This document shows, one piece after another, positions 1-8,417 of a stretch of DNA of 64,000 bases (its first letter is position 1; every line of letters starts with the position of its first letter). Origin of the DNA: an uncultured Clostridia bacterium. GTDB lineage: Bacteria; Bacillota; Clostridia; Christensenellales; CAG-917. Below the pieces are notes generated by a model, which saw only the letters and a program-made list of their open reading frames with translations, did no database searches and was not told where the DNA came from. The translations under genes and the position numbers were made by a program. The stretch covers positions 85,277 to 149,276 of the forward strand of contig CALVTS010000002.1 of NCBI GenBank assembly GCA_944363035.1. Direction: 5' to 3'.

Positions 1-2
1 GG

Positions 3-410
3 CGGGGATACGAGTGCCGTCACAACATCGGATATTGGACGAGGGAGGAGTATCTCGGGCTGGGCGCGGGAGCGCATTCCTTGGTCAAGACCTCAAAGGA
101 GGGCAAAGCTCTTCCCGCCGAGATACGTTTCGCGTCCCCCAAGGACATCAACGCGTACATAGGCGGGATAAACTGCGTCGGGAGTTTCGACGACGTGCCG
201 AGGGCGGAGATGACCGCGCTTTCTCCCGCAGAGATACGCGCAGAGAGCATAATGCTGGGAGCCCGCACGCGAGAGGGCTTTCCCGAGAGCTTGCTTTCGG
301 GGAGAAAGTTCGGGCGGGTGGAGGAATTTCTGCGCCGTGAAAAGGGCAGGGTGAGCCTGACCCGCCGAGGTATGGCGGTGATGAACTCCGTGCTTGCCGA
401 GATAATGTGA
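3..410 (+). CDS. hemW: radical SAM heme chaperone HemW / HemN-like protein, C-terminal fragment (5' end lies outside the window)
   Basis: Frame 3 is open from the window edge. Translation RGYECRHNIGYWTREEYLGLGAGAHS... shows HemN/HemW C-terminal motifs (CxHNxxYW, YLGxGxGAHS). Confidence 0.75.
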   Translation, partial: RGYECRHNIGYWTREEYLGLGAGAHSLVKTSKEGKALPAEIRFASPKDINAYIGGINCVGSFDDVPRAEMTALSPAEIRAESIMLGARTREGFPESLLSGRKFGRVEEFLRREKGRVSLTRRGMAVMNSVLAEIM

Positions 411-598
411 TGTGAGCGGCGGGAAGCGGCGGCAGTGAGAGCGGGAGCTCTGCGCCGCACTTGCGCGAGCGACGTCGGCTTATATCCGTTCTTCGGTTTT
501 CGGCGCAGGCGAGCAGACGTCGGCGGCGATCACCGTATATATTTCATACTATTTCAACAATTATCCTCAATTATTTCTTTGCAAAGTCTTGAAAGCAG

Positions 599-627
599 TT
601 GATATTCGCGCGTAGGTTTGTTATACT
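599..627 (+). promoter_or_regulatory. candidate sigma-A promoter for prs (TTGATA-17-TATACT)
   Basis: -35 TTGATA at 599-604, 17-nt spacer, -10 TATACT at 622-627. GGAGGA RBS at 643-648 precedes the ATG at 655. Confidence 0.45.
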
Positions 628-654
628 TGTGTTGAAAAATTCGGAGGACGCCTA

Positions 655-1812
655 ATGACATCCAAATTTACCCTGAGTACGGCAAGACCGAAAGGTCCCC
701 TCGCTCTTATCTCCACTCCCGGCGCACGCGAACTCACATCACTTGTCGATAAGAAACTCGTCGAATGGTACAAATCCGTGGACATCGACGGCTCTTTGAA
801 GAAGGACACTTTCGTCATCGACGCGGCTTGTCCTCGTTTCACCAACGGCGAAGGCAAGGGCATGGTGATGGAGACTCTGCGCGGCAAGGATCTTTTCGTC
901 ATCTGCGACGTTGCCAACCATGGCGTCACCTACAATTTCTTCGGACAGGAGATACCCATGACTCCCGACGAGCATTTCGCGGATCTCAAACGCATCATCT
1001 GCGCCGCGAACTGCAAGCCGGAGCGTATCACGGTGGTCATGCCCATGCTCTACGAGGGCAGACAACACCGCCGCGCGGGGAGGGAATCTCTGGACTGTGC
1101 CCTCATGCTCCATGAGCTTTACGACATGGGAGTCAGTGATATCATCACCTTCGACGCGCATGATCCCAGGGTGCAGAACGCCGTCCCCATGATGGGCTTT
1201 GACAACTATTTCCCCACCTATCAGGTGCTGAAAGCCCTCACCAAGAAATTCCCCGACGTCAAACTTGACAAAAACAGCCTGATGTGCATTTCCCCCGACG
1301 AGGGCGCGATAGGCAGGAACGTCTACTACGCCTCCGTGCTCGGGTTGGACCTCGGTATGTTCTATAAGCGCCGCGACTACGCCAGCGTCGTCAACGGCAG
1401 GAACCCCATCATCGCGCACGAATACATAGGTTCTCCCGTCATGGGCATGAACGTGTTCGTCGCCGACGACATGATCGCGACGGGAGACAGCATGATAAAG
1501 CTCGCCCGCGAGATCAAGGAAAAAGGCGCTCAGCGCGTCTTCCTCACCGCGACTTTCGCCCTCTTCACCGAGGGTCTGGAGAAGTTCGACCGCGCCTTCG
1601 AAGAAGGGCTCTTCGACGCGGTCATCAGCACCAATCTCACCTACCGCACGCCCGAACTAAGACAGCGCGAGTGGTTCGTGGAGGCGGATATGTCCAAGTA
1701 TCTCGCCTACATCATCGCTGCGGGGAACCTCAACGAGGCGGTGTCCAACCTCTTGGACCCCTTTGAGAAGATCCACCAGCTCGTCGCATCCATAGATGCG
1801 GACCGCAACTAA
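655..1812 (+). CDS. prs: ribose-phosphate pyrophosphokinase (PRPP synthetase), long form
   Basis: 385 aa with a PRPP-binding loop (VFVADDMIATGDSM) and Prs-type core (VVMPMLYEGRQHRR, ITFDAHD). SD upstream. Confidence 0.85.
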   Translation: MTSKFTLSTARPKGPLALISTPGARELTSLVDKKLVEWYKSVDIDGSLKKDTFVIDAACPRFTNGEGKGMVMETLRGKDLFVICDVANHGVTYNFFGQEIPMTPDEHFADLKRIICAANCKPERITVVMPMLYEGRQHRRAGRESLDCALMLHELYDMGVSDIITFDAHDPRVQNAVPMMGFDNYFPTYQVLKALTKKFPDVKLDKNSLMCISPDEGAIGRNVYYASVLGLDLGMFYKRRDYASVVNGRNPIIAHEYIGSPVMGMNVFVADDMIATGDSMIKLAREIKEKGAQRVFLTATFALFTEGLEKFDRAFEEGLFDAVISTNLTYRTPELRQREWFVEADMSKYLAYIIAAGNLNEAVSNLLDPFEKIHQLVASIDADRN

Positions 1813-1827
1813 ATTCAGGAGGACAAA

Positions 1828-2481
1828 GTGAAGATCACATGGCTGGGTCATTCCGCTTTCCGTCTCGAAGAGAGCACGGGCACGGCGGTGGTCACCGACC
1901 CTTACCACTCATATGTCGGCTTTAAGATGCCGAGAGTGACAGCGGACATCGTCACGATGAGCCACAGTCACAACGACCACAACAATCTCCAAGCCGTGCT
2001 TGGCGATCCCGAGGTCATCTCCGCCGCAGGCGCGTACAACATCAGGGGAGTACACATCCTCGCCCGCCGCACCTATCATGACTCAAAAGGCGGCGCCGCA
2101 AGAGGGGAAAATCTCGTTTTCAAATTCCGTATGGACGGCGTGGACATCTGCCATATGGGGGACATCGGCGAGGAATGCAACGCCATGCTCGTGGACAGTA
2201 TCGCTCCCGTCAACGTGCTCATGATCCCCGTGGGCGGCACCTACACCATCGACGCCGAACAAGCCAAGGAGTTTGTGGACCGCATCATGCCCGACGTGGT
2301 CATCCCCATGCACTACAAGACCAAAGAGCACTCTTTCGACATCGCTAAGCTCAACGATTTTCTGGATCTTTTCGAGGATGAGGACATCGTTTACGTGGAT
2401 TCGGACACCGTGGAATTCGATCGCGCTGATTTCGACGGCGAAAGCACGAAAGTTTACGTTTTGGAAAGATTTTCCGAATGA
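1828..2481 (+). CDS. MBL-fold metal-dependent hydrolase (UPF0173-like)
   Basis: 217 aa. N-terminus MKITWLGHSAF, HSHNDH metal motif. GTG start preceded by AGGAGGA. Confidence 0.8.
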   Translation: MKITWLGHSAFRLEESTGTAVVTDPYHSYVGFKMPRVTADIVTMSHSHNDHNNLQAVLGDPEVISAAGAYNIRGVHILARRTYHDSKGGAARGENLVFKFRMDGVDICHMGDIGEECNAMLVDSIAPVNVLMIPVGGTYTIDAEQAKEFVDRIMPDVVIPMHYKTKEHSFDIAKLNDFLDLFEDEDIVYVDSDTVEFDRADFDGESTKVYVLERFSE

Positions 2482-2575
2482 TTTCGCGGCTTGACCGCGT
2501 TCCTACCTAAGAGGTAAAATTTGAAATTTGTCTTTTCGCGGGGGCGAGCCCCGCGAAGGGACGTTTGGAGGCATC

Positions 2576-4087
2576 ATGGCAGATTACACCAAGGAAATGT
2601 TGGAAGCTACGAGCATATTCGCAATAAGAGACATTGCCAAGGAAGTGGGGGTCTCCTCTCCCACGAAGAAGAATAAGGCGGAACTTATCGATCTCATCCT
2701 GAAGATAACCTCGGGCGAGATGGAGCCTCCCGTGGCTCCGAGGAGGGGACGTCCCAAGAAACAGACGGACATCCCGACCCCCTCTGCGCCCGCCATACAG
2801 ACGCCGCAGTCCGAGGCGGAGCAGGAAAAAGCCCAACGCCCCAGGGACAGATTAGTCAGAAGGGAGCAGGGCGGCAGATACGAACACAGACAGGCGCACG
2901 GATTCGCAGAGGAGCGTCGCCGCGAGGATGCGGATCAGCTCCGTGAAGGCTTCCTCGAGATCAATCCGGACGGCTACGGCTTTTTGAGGGTGCGCAACTG
3001 CGAATGCAACGAGATGGACGCCTATGTCCCGAGCGTCAAGATAAAGCAGTACGGGCTGAGACGCGGCGACAGAGTGCGCGCCTATTGCAAGACTTTGCAG
3101 GAGGGTAAGCCCGCCGCGGTGGTCAACGTCATATCCATAAACGGCACGGACGTCGCCGAGATAGGAAAGCGTCCCAACTTCGACGATCTGGTGCCCATCT
3201 ATCCCGATGAGAGACTGCGTATGGAAGTGCCTTCCCGTCCCCGCGATTACGCTACGCGTTGCATAGACATAGTGGCGCCCATAGGCAAGGGTCAGCGCGG
3301 CATGATCGTGTCTCCTCCCAAGGCGGGAAAGACGACCCTGCTCAAAATGATCGCGAGTTCCATTGCGGAAAATTATCCCGAGATAGTGCTCTTCGTCCTG
3401 CTCATCGACGAGCGTCCCGAAGAGGTCACGGATATGCAGCGTTCGGTGAGAGGGGAGGTGGTATATTCCACTTTCGACGAGATGCCCGAACATCACACCA
3501 AGACCGCAGAGATGCTCCTCGACCGCGCAAAACGACTTGTGGAGATGGGCAAGGACGTAGTCATCCTGATGGACAGCCTCACAAGGCTCGCAAGAGCGTA
3601 TAACACCACCATACCCCCCACGGGCAGGACGCTCTCGGGCGGCGTGGATCCCGGCGCGTTGCACAGCCCGAAACGCTTCTTCGGCTCGGCGAGGAACATC
3701 GAACACGGCGGTTCTCTCACGATAATCGCAACCGCGCTCATCGAGACGGGGAGCCGCATGGACGACGTCATATTCGAGGAATTCAAGGGCACGGGCAATA
3801 TGGAGATACACCTCGACCGCAAACTCAGCGAGCGCAGGATATTCCCCGCCATCGACCTCGCGAAGAGCGGCACCAGGAAGGAGGAGCTCCTCCTCACCCC
3901 CAGCGAGCTCGCGGGCGCGTGGGGAGTGCGCAAGATGCTCGCCGTCGGCGACAGCGCCGAAGCCACCGAAAACCTGCTCAATATGCTGGTCAAGACCTCT
4001 TCCAACAAGGAGTTCATCGATCAGCTCAATATGCAGTTCAAGCTCTGGCAGAAAGAGGGCTACAACCTGAGGAAGCCCGGGCTGTAA
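2576..4087 (+). CDS. rho: transcription termination factor Rho with an N-terminal insertion
   Basis: Rho N-terminal helix bundle, CSD-like segment (GFLEINPDGYGFLR), Walker A (SPPKAGKTTLL). ATG at 2576 follows GGAGG. Confidence 0.95.
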   Translation: MADYTKEMLEATSIFAIRDIAKEVGVSSPTKKNKAELIDLILKITSGEMEPPVAPRRGRPKKQTDIPTPSAPAIQTPQSEAEQEKAQRPRDRLVRREQGGRYEHRQAHGFAEERRREDADQLREGFLEINPDGYGFLRVRNCECNEMDAYVPSVKIKQYGLRRGDRVRAYCKTLQEGKPAAVVNVISINGTDVAEIGKRPNFDDLVPIYPDERLRMEVPSRPRDYATRCIDIVAPIGKGQRGMIVSPPKAGKTTLLKMIASSIAENYPEIVLFVLLIDERPEEVTDMQRSVRGEVVYSTFDEMPEHHTKTAEMLLDRAKRLVEMGKDVVILMDSLTRLARAYNTTIPPTGRTLSGGVDPGALHSPKRFFGSARNIEHGGSLTIIATALIETGSRMDDVIFEEFKGTGNMEIHLDRKLSERRIFPAIDLAKSGTRKEELLLTPSELAGAWGVRKMLAVGDSAEATENLLNMLVKTSSNKEFIDQLNMQFKLWQKEGYNLRKPGL

Positions 4088-4097
4088 GGAGACCGTC

Positions 4098-5126
4098 ATG
4101 CAAAAGGAGATAACTTCCCGCACCCGACTTCTGGACGAAAACGGCGACCTCGCCGTGGCGGGTTGGGCGCGCCGAAACTTGTTCGACTATGACAGGAGCC
4201 TCGTCAAAAGGAGAGGCAGACTGAAAGAATGGGATTTTTATCAGGTGTCGGATGGCAGGATACTGGTGCAGATCAATTTCTTCAACATCACTCTTGCCTC
4301 TGCCGCTACCGCCGCCGTCATCGATATGAAGACGGGGGAGAAGATAGAATGCGCAGATATCTCTCTTTGCACACGCGACCGTTATCTCCTCCCCGAGGTC
4401 TCTGACACTCCCAACCGTTTCGATTACGAAAGAAAAGGAGTGAGACTCTCCTTCGAGACCACCGAGACTTCGAGGAGGATAACCTTCTCGGGGAAAGCCA
4501 AGGGACAGCCCCTTGAAGCCGATCTCACCCTCAGGATATTCCCGGGGGACGAGAACATCACCATCGTCACTCCCTTTTTAGGAATGCCAGACAGGTTCTT
4601 CCTCACCACCAAGCATAACTGTATGCCCTGCGAGGGCAAAGTGACCTGGGGAGAGAGGGAATTCGTCTTCACTCCCGACCGCTCCTTCGGCGTGCTGGAT
4701 TGGGGACGGGGCGTATGGCCGCACAAGAACGTGTGGTACTGGGGCAACGGTGCGACCTACATCGACGGCAAACGCTTCGGGTTCGAGCTCACATGGAAGA
4801 TAGGGGACGAGTCCAACGCCACCGAGACCTGCCTCTTTTTCGACGGAAAGGCGCACAAGATCGGCGCCGTGGATGTCGAGAAGTTCCCGGGCGAGGACGA
4901 CGGCTGGATGCGTCCGTGGCATTTCATTTCGGAGGACGGCAGGCTCGACGTGACCATGACACCCTATTACGACAATAAGAGCGGCGTGGTGGTGCTCGGC
5001 GAGCTCGGCATGAAGACGCATCAGGTGCACGGGCTCTGGAACGGTTTCGCCGTGCTGGACGACGGCACAAGGATAGAGATAAAGAATATGTACGCGTTCT
5101 GCGAATACGTCGTGAACGCGTGGTGA
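4098..5126 (+). CDS. DUF2804 family protein
   Basis: 342 aa with KEWDFYQ and WGRGVWPHKNVWYWG signatures typical of DUF2804. Confidence 0.7.
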   Translation: MQKEITSRTRLLDENGDLAVAGWARRNLFDYDRSLVKRRGRLKEWDFYQVSDGRILVQINFFNITLASAATAAVIDMKTGEKIECADISLCTRDRYLLPEVSDTPNRFDYERKGVRLSFETTETSRRITFSGKAKGQPLEADLTLRIFPGDENITIVTPFLGMPDRFFLTTKHNCMPCEGKVTWGEREFVFTPDRSFGVLDWGRGVWPHKNVWYWGNGATYIDGKRFGFELTWKIGDESNATETCLFFDGKAHKIGAVDVEKFPGEDDGWMRPWHFISEDGRLDVTMTPYYDNKSGVVVLGELGMKTHQVHGLWNGFAVLDDGTRIEIKNMYAFCEYVVNAW

Positions 5127-5153
5127 CAAGGATAAATTTTACGGAGATATGAT

Positions 5154-6308
5154 ATGAAAAAGTTCAAAGACATCGTTTATGTGGGCGTGGACGACACCGA
5201 TATCGACCTCTTTGAAGGGCAGTACGTCGTGCCCGAGGGGATGAGCTACAACTCCTACGTCATCGCGGACGAGAAGACAGCGGTCATGGACGCCGTGGAT
5301 AAGGCGAAGATCGCGGAGTGGCTCGAAAATGTCGAGAACGCGCTTGACGGCAGACAGCCCGATTACCTCGTCATCTCGCACATGGAGCCCGATCACTCTG
5401 CGGGAGTCGCCGCCTTTGCCGCGAAATACCCCGAAGTCACGGTGGTCGGAAACGGGAAAGTGTTTGATATGTTCCGCAATTTCTACGGTGTGGAGCTCCC
5501 TCGCAAACTTGTGGTCAAGGAGGGGGACAAGCTCTCTCTCGGCGAGCACGAGCTCACCTTCGTTGCCGCTCCCATGGTGCATTGGCCCGAGGTCATGATG
5601 AGCTACGAAAGCAAGGATAAGGCGCTGTTCGCGGCGGACGCTTTCGGCAAATTCGGCGCGCTTGTCAACGAGACGGATGACTGGGCGTGCGAAGCGCGCA
5701 GATACTATTTCAACATAGTGGGCAAATACGGCGCACAGGTGCAAGCCGTCCTGAAAAAGCTCGCTTCCTATCCGATAGAGGTCATCTGTCCTCTTCACGG
5801 ACCCGTCCTCGACGGCGACCTCGGATATTATCTCGGGCTGTATGACACATGGAGCAGGTACGAGCCCGAGGACAAGGGCACCTTCATCGCATACGCGGGC
5901 GTTTACGGCAACACCAAAGCCGCCGCCCTCGCTTTGAAGGAGGAATTGGAGAGCAGGGGAGAAAGGGTGGTGTTCACCGATCTTGCGCGCTCGGATATGG
6001 CTGAAGCCGTTGAGGACGCGTTCAGATATGACAAAGCCGTCTTTGCCGCCACCACCCTCGACGGCGGGATATTCCCCGTCATGGAGGAATTCATACGTCA
6101 CCTCAAAGCCAAAAACTATCAGAAGAGGAAGGTCGGCATCATCGAGAACGGCTCCTGGGCGCCCATGTCCGGAAAGCTGATGCGCGCGCTCTTGGAGGAG
6201 CAAAAAGACATCCGCTTTGCCGACACCGTCATCACCTGCCGCTCGGGAGTGCCCGCGAATATCAACGAGCTCTGCGCCGCGCTCGCCGACGAACTCCTGG
6301 CGGACTGA
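5154..6308 (+). CDS. fprA: FprA-type flavodiiron protein (MBL-like domain plus flavodoxin domain)
   Basis: 384 aa. N-terminal diiron MBL-like domain (SHMEPDHSAG) and a C-terminal flavodoxin-like domain. Confidence 0.85.
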   Translation: MKKFKDIVYVGVDDTDIDLFEGQYVVPEGMSYNSYVIADEKTAVMDAVDKAKIAEWLENVENALDGRQPDYLVISHMEPDHSAGVAAFAAKYPEVTVVGNGKVFDMFRNFYGVELPRKLVVKEGDKLSLGEHELTFVAAPMVHWPEVMMSYESKDKALFAADAFGKFGALVNETDDWACEARRYYFNIVGKYGAQVQAVLKKLASYPIEVICPLHGPVLDGDLGYYLGLYDTWSRYEPEDKGTFIAYAGVYGNTKAAALALKEELESRGERVVFTDLARSDMAEAVEDAFRYDKAVFAATTLDGGIFPVMEEFIRHLKAKNYQKRKVGIIENGSWAPMSGKLMRALLEEQKDIRFADTVITCRSGVPANINELCAALADELLAD

Positions 6309-6392
6309 CCCCGGCTTGCGGCTGAGAAAGTTATCCGGCATCGAGCATACAAAAAGCGCAAAATACTGTTTGACATCTCAAAAATAATACAT

Positions 6393-6424
6393 AAAGCCCC
6401 GCATACGAAAATGTGGGGCTTTTA
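6393..6424. terminator. bidirectional intrinsic terminator between convergent fprA and pnuC
   Basis: 9-bp stem GCCCCGCAT/ATGTGGGGC (one G-T pair), flanked by an A-run and a T-run. Confidence 0.6.
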
Positions 6425-6447
6425 TGCAAATAATATTAAGAGAAGTC

Positions 6448-7449
6448 TCATGCGGCTCTGCGGTACTCCGTCCGCATTGCGGATGCTTGGCGGTGTTCCA
6501 TCCTGCGCCAGTTGACGTAGCCGTATACGTCGTTTACAAGGAAGGTCACGAAGCAAATCACGACGGAGACGTAGCCGACGTCCTCCGTTGCGGCAAGCAC
6601 CCACAGCACTATGAGCACTATGTCGTTTGCCGCGTATGCCAGCGCGTAAAATGGACTGCGACGGAAAGTGAGATATGCCGCGACGAAACTCGTGGTCACC
6701 GATACCGTGCTGGGGATGAGGTTCGCCGTGTCGAAGGCTTCCAGGATGAACCAAAATGCCGTGGTCACCGCCGCCGCGAGAAAGGCGAGAAAGAGGTATT
6801 CTTTGCCTCCGATACGGTTGACTTTCACTTAAGCTTTTCCCTTTGACGAGGGGTTTTTCAGCCAGGCTATCACCGCCAACAGGGCGATGGGCGCGCTCAT
6901 GCCGAGATAGGTGATCATCTCGCCGTAGTATGCAAATTCGTAGGATATGACGCCGTAGAGTACGCTGAACACTATGATGAGCACTTGCCCGAAGGCGTTG
7001 CCTTTCGCGGTGAATATGAGCGAGGTCGCGCCTATGCCAGACAGGAATAATACGAACCAGCCTCGGAGCAATTCTTTTCGGCGCTTTTGCACAGCCGAAC
7101 CTTGCCAATATGTATACTATTGCCTGCGTTCCGCCCGTGCAACATCATCCGAAAATCTCTTGCTCTGAGGTGCGAGCAGTTCCGCGCCAACCGATTTTTG
7201 GCTGAACAAGGAAGTCGCCGTAGCTAATACTTGACTGTATTAGCAAGGCGAATGACGCGGTTCAGGCGGAAATCGGCGGCGCTGAACCTGGTTCGTATTA
7301 TTCCTGTCTGGCATGAGGGAGGCGGCAAGGGTGAGCCCGTCTTCGCCGTCGAATATGGCGAAGGCAACAGAGATCAACGCCACCGAACACGTCCACAGCG
7401 CGATCTCGAAGGGGGTGAAATAGGTGAGTATCTTCTTTGCAGTCCTCAT
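6448..7449 (-). pseudogene. pnuC: nicotinamide riboside transporter PnuC, disrupted by a 279-bp insertion and an in-frame TAA
   Basis: Three collinear minus-strand pieces. 7449-7314 gives MRTAKKILTYFTPFE...LTLAASL. 7034-6832 gives IGATSLIFTAKGN...NPSSKGKA. 6828-6448 gives VKVNRIGGKEY... Removing 7035-7313 restores the frame. TAA at 6829-6831 interrupts GKA*VKVN. Confidence 0.8.
7035..7313. mobile_element. MITE-like non-autonomous element with perfect 26-bp terminal inverted repeats
   Basis: Left end TGCCAGACAGGAATAATACGAACCAG at 7035-7060; its exact reverse complement at 7288-7313. No ORF inside. It splits the pnuC reading frame. Ends are TG...CA. A 2-bp AT duplication is possible. Confidence 0.75.
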
Positions 7450-7453
7450 ATCT

Positions 7454-7500
7454 AAAAAATCCGCCGACGCGCCTTCTATGACCTAACGGCGCGTCAACGG
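7454..7500 (-). terminator. terminator-type hairpin in the pnuC 5' leader (possible attenuator)
   Basis: On the minus strand: CCGTTGACGCGCC-loop-GGCGCGTCGGCGG, then ATTTTTT, ending 4 nt before the pnuC ATG at 7449. Confidence 0.45.
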
Positions 7501-7643
7501 ATGCCTTGCATCTCCTACCCGGTGGCAGTAGTACGATTATATATATCCTCTTCGGGAAAAGTCAAGCGTCAGAGGGAGGTGTGTGAAAATCAGCCGCTCT
7601 ATGCGGCGAAAATGACGGCAGGCGCGAATTTTGTCGTAAAGAG

Positions 7644-7672
7644 TTTACAATGCGGCTATATTGTAGTATTAT
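7644..7672 (+). promoter_or_regulatory. candidate promoter of the polysaccharide operon (TTTACA-17-TATTAT)
   Basis: -35 at 7644-7649, 17-nt spacer, -10 at 7667-7672, about 70 nt upstream of the ATG at 7743. Confidence 0.4.
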
Positions 7673-7742
7673 GGATAAAAACATACAACGGCTAGTGTGG
7701 GGAGCGTCACCACGGCGCAGAGCCGAACGGAGAGACTGCCAT

Positions 7743-8378
7743 ATGTACAAAGCGGTAAAAAGGGTCTTCGATACTGTCCTTGCGGCGTTGGGGTTGGTGA
7801 TACTTTTCCTCCCCCTTCTCGTCGTCGGCTTGCTCATCAGGATGGACAGCAAAGGGAAAGCCCTTTTCAAACAGCGTCGCACAGGGCTCAACGGCAAGGA
7901 GTTTTATGTGTATAAATTCCGCACCATGAAGACCACCGACGTGCCTTTCGACATCGACAATCCCGTCATCGAGGACAGCAATGCGGAGCTCACACGTATC
8001 GGCAGAGGGTTGAGAAAACTCAAGATCGATGAGTTCCCGCAACTTATCAATGTTGTAAGAGGGGAGATGAGCCTCATAGGCCCGCGTCCTTTCCTGCCCG
8101 TATATCTTGCGCAGTACGAGGAGTGGGAAAAGGAACGTCTCACCGTGCGCCCCGGCATGACGGGGCTCGCGCAGGTCAAAGGCAACGGCTATCTCACCAG
8201 CGAGGAGCGCAGTTACTACGACGTGTATTACGCCCGTCACCTTTCGATGTTTTCGGACATCGCCATCCTTTTCAAGACGGTGGGGGTGCTCCTGCTCGGA
8301 GAGCGCAGATTTTTCTCCCCGGTGTCCCGCGCCGACATCGAGAAGCTAAAGTCCGAAAAGTCGGACAAGCGCGCGTGA
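7743..8378 (+). CDS. undecaprenyl-phosphate sugar phosphotransferase (bacterial sugar transferase, WbaP/EpsL-like priming enzyme)
   Basis: 211 aa. One N-terminal TM segment, then KALFKQRRTGLNGKEFYVYKFRTM and DEFPQLINVVRGEMSLIGPRP motifs. GGAGAG RBS. Confidence 0.88.
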   Translation: MYKAVKRVFDTVLAALGLVILFLPLLVVGLLIRMDSKGKALFKQRRTGLNGKEFYVYKFRTMKTTDVPFDIDNPVIEDSNAELTRIGRGLRKLKIDEFPQLINVVRGEMSLIGPRPFLPVYLAQYEEWEKERLTVRPGMTGLAQVKGNGYLTSEERSYYDVYYARHLSMFSDIAILFKTVGVLLLGERRFFSPVSRADIEKLKSEKSDKRA

Positions 8379-8417
8379 CGGGGTCGGATTGACATCCCCC
8401 TTTCCGTCGGGTATAAT

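Noticed and set aside
6829-6831. The in-frame TAA in pnuC as programmed recoding or stop-codon reassignment.
   Set aside because: TAA is used as an ordinary stop by other genes in the window (for example prs, rsgA and the YicC-family gene). TAA is not a known Sec/Pyl codon. The same gene also carries an insertion, so pseudogenisation is the simpler explanation.
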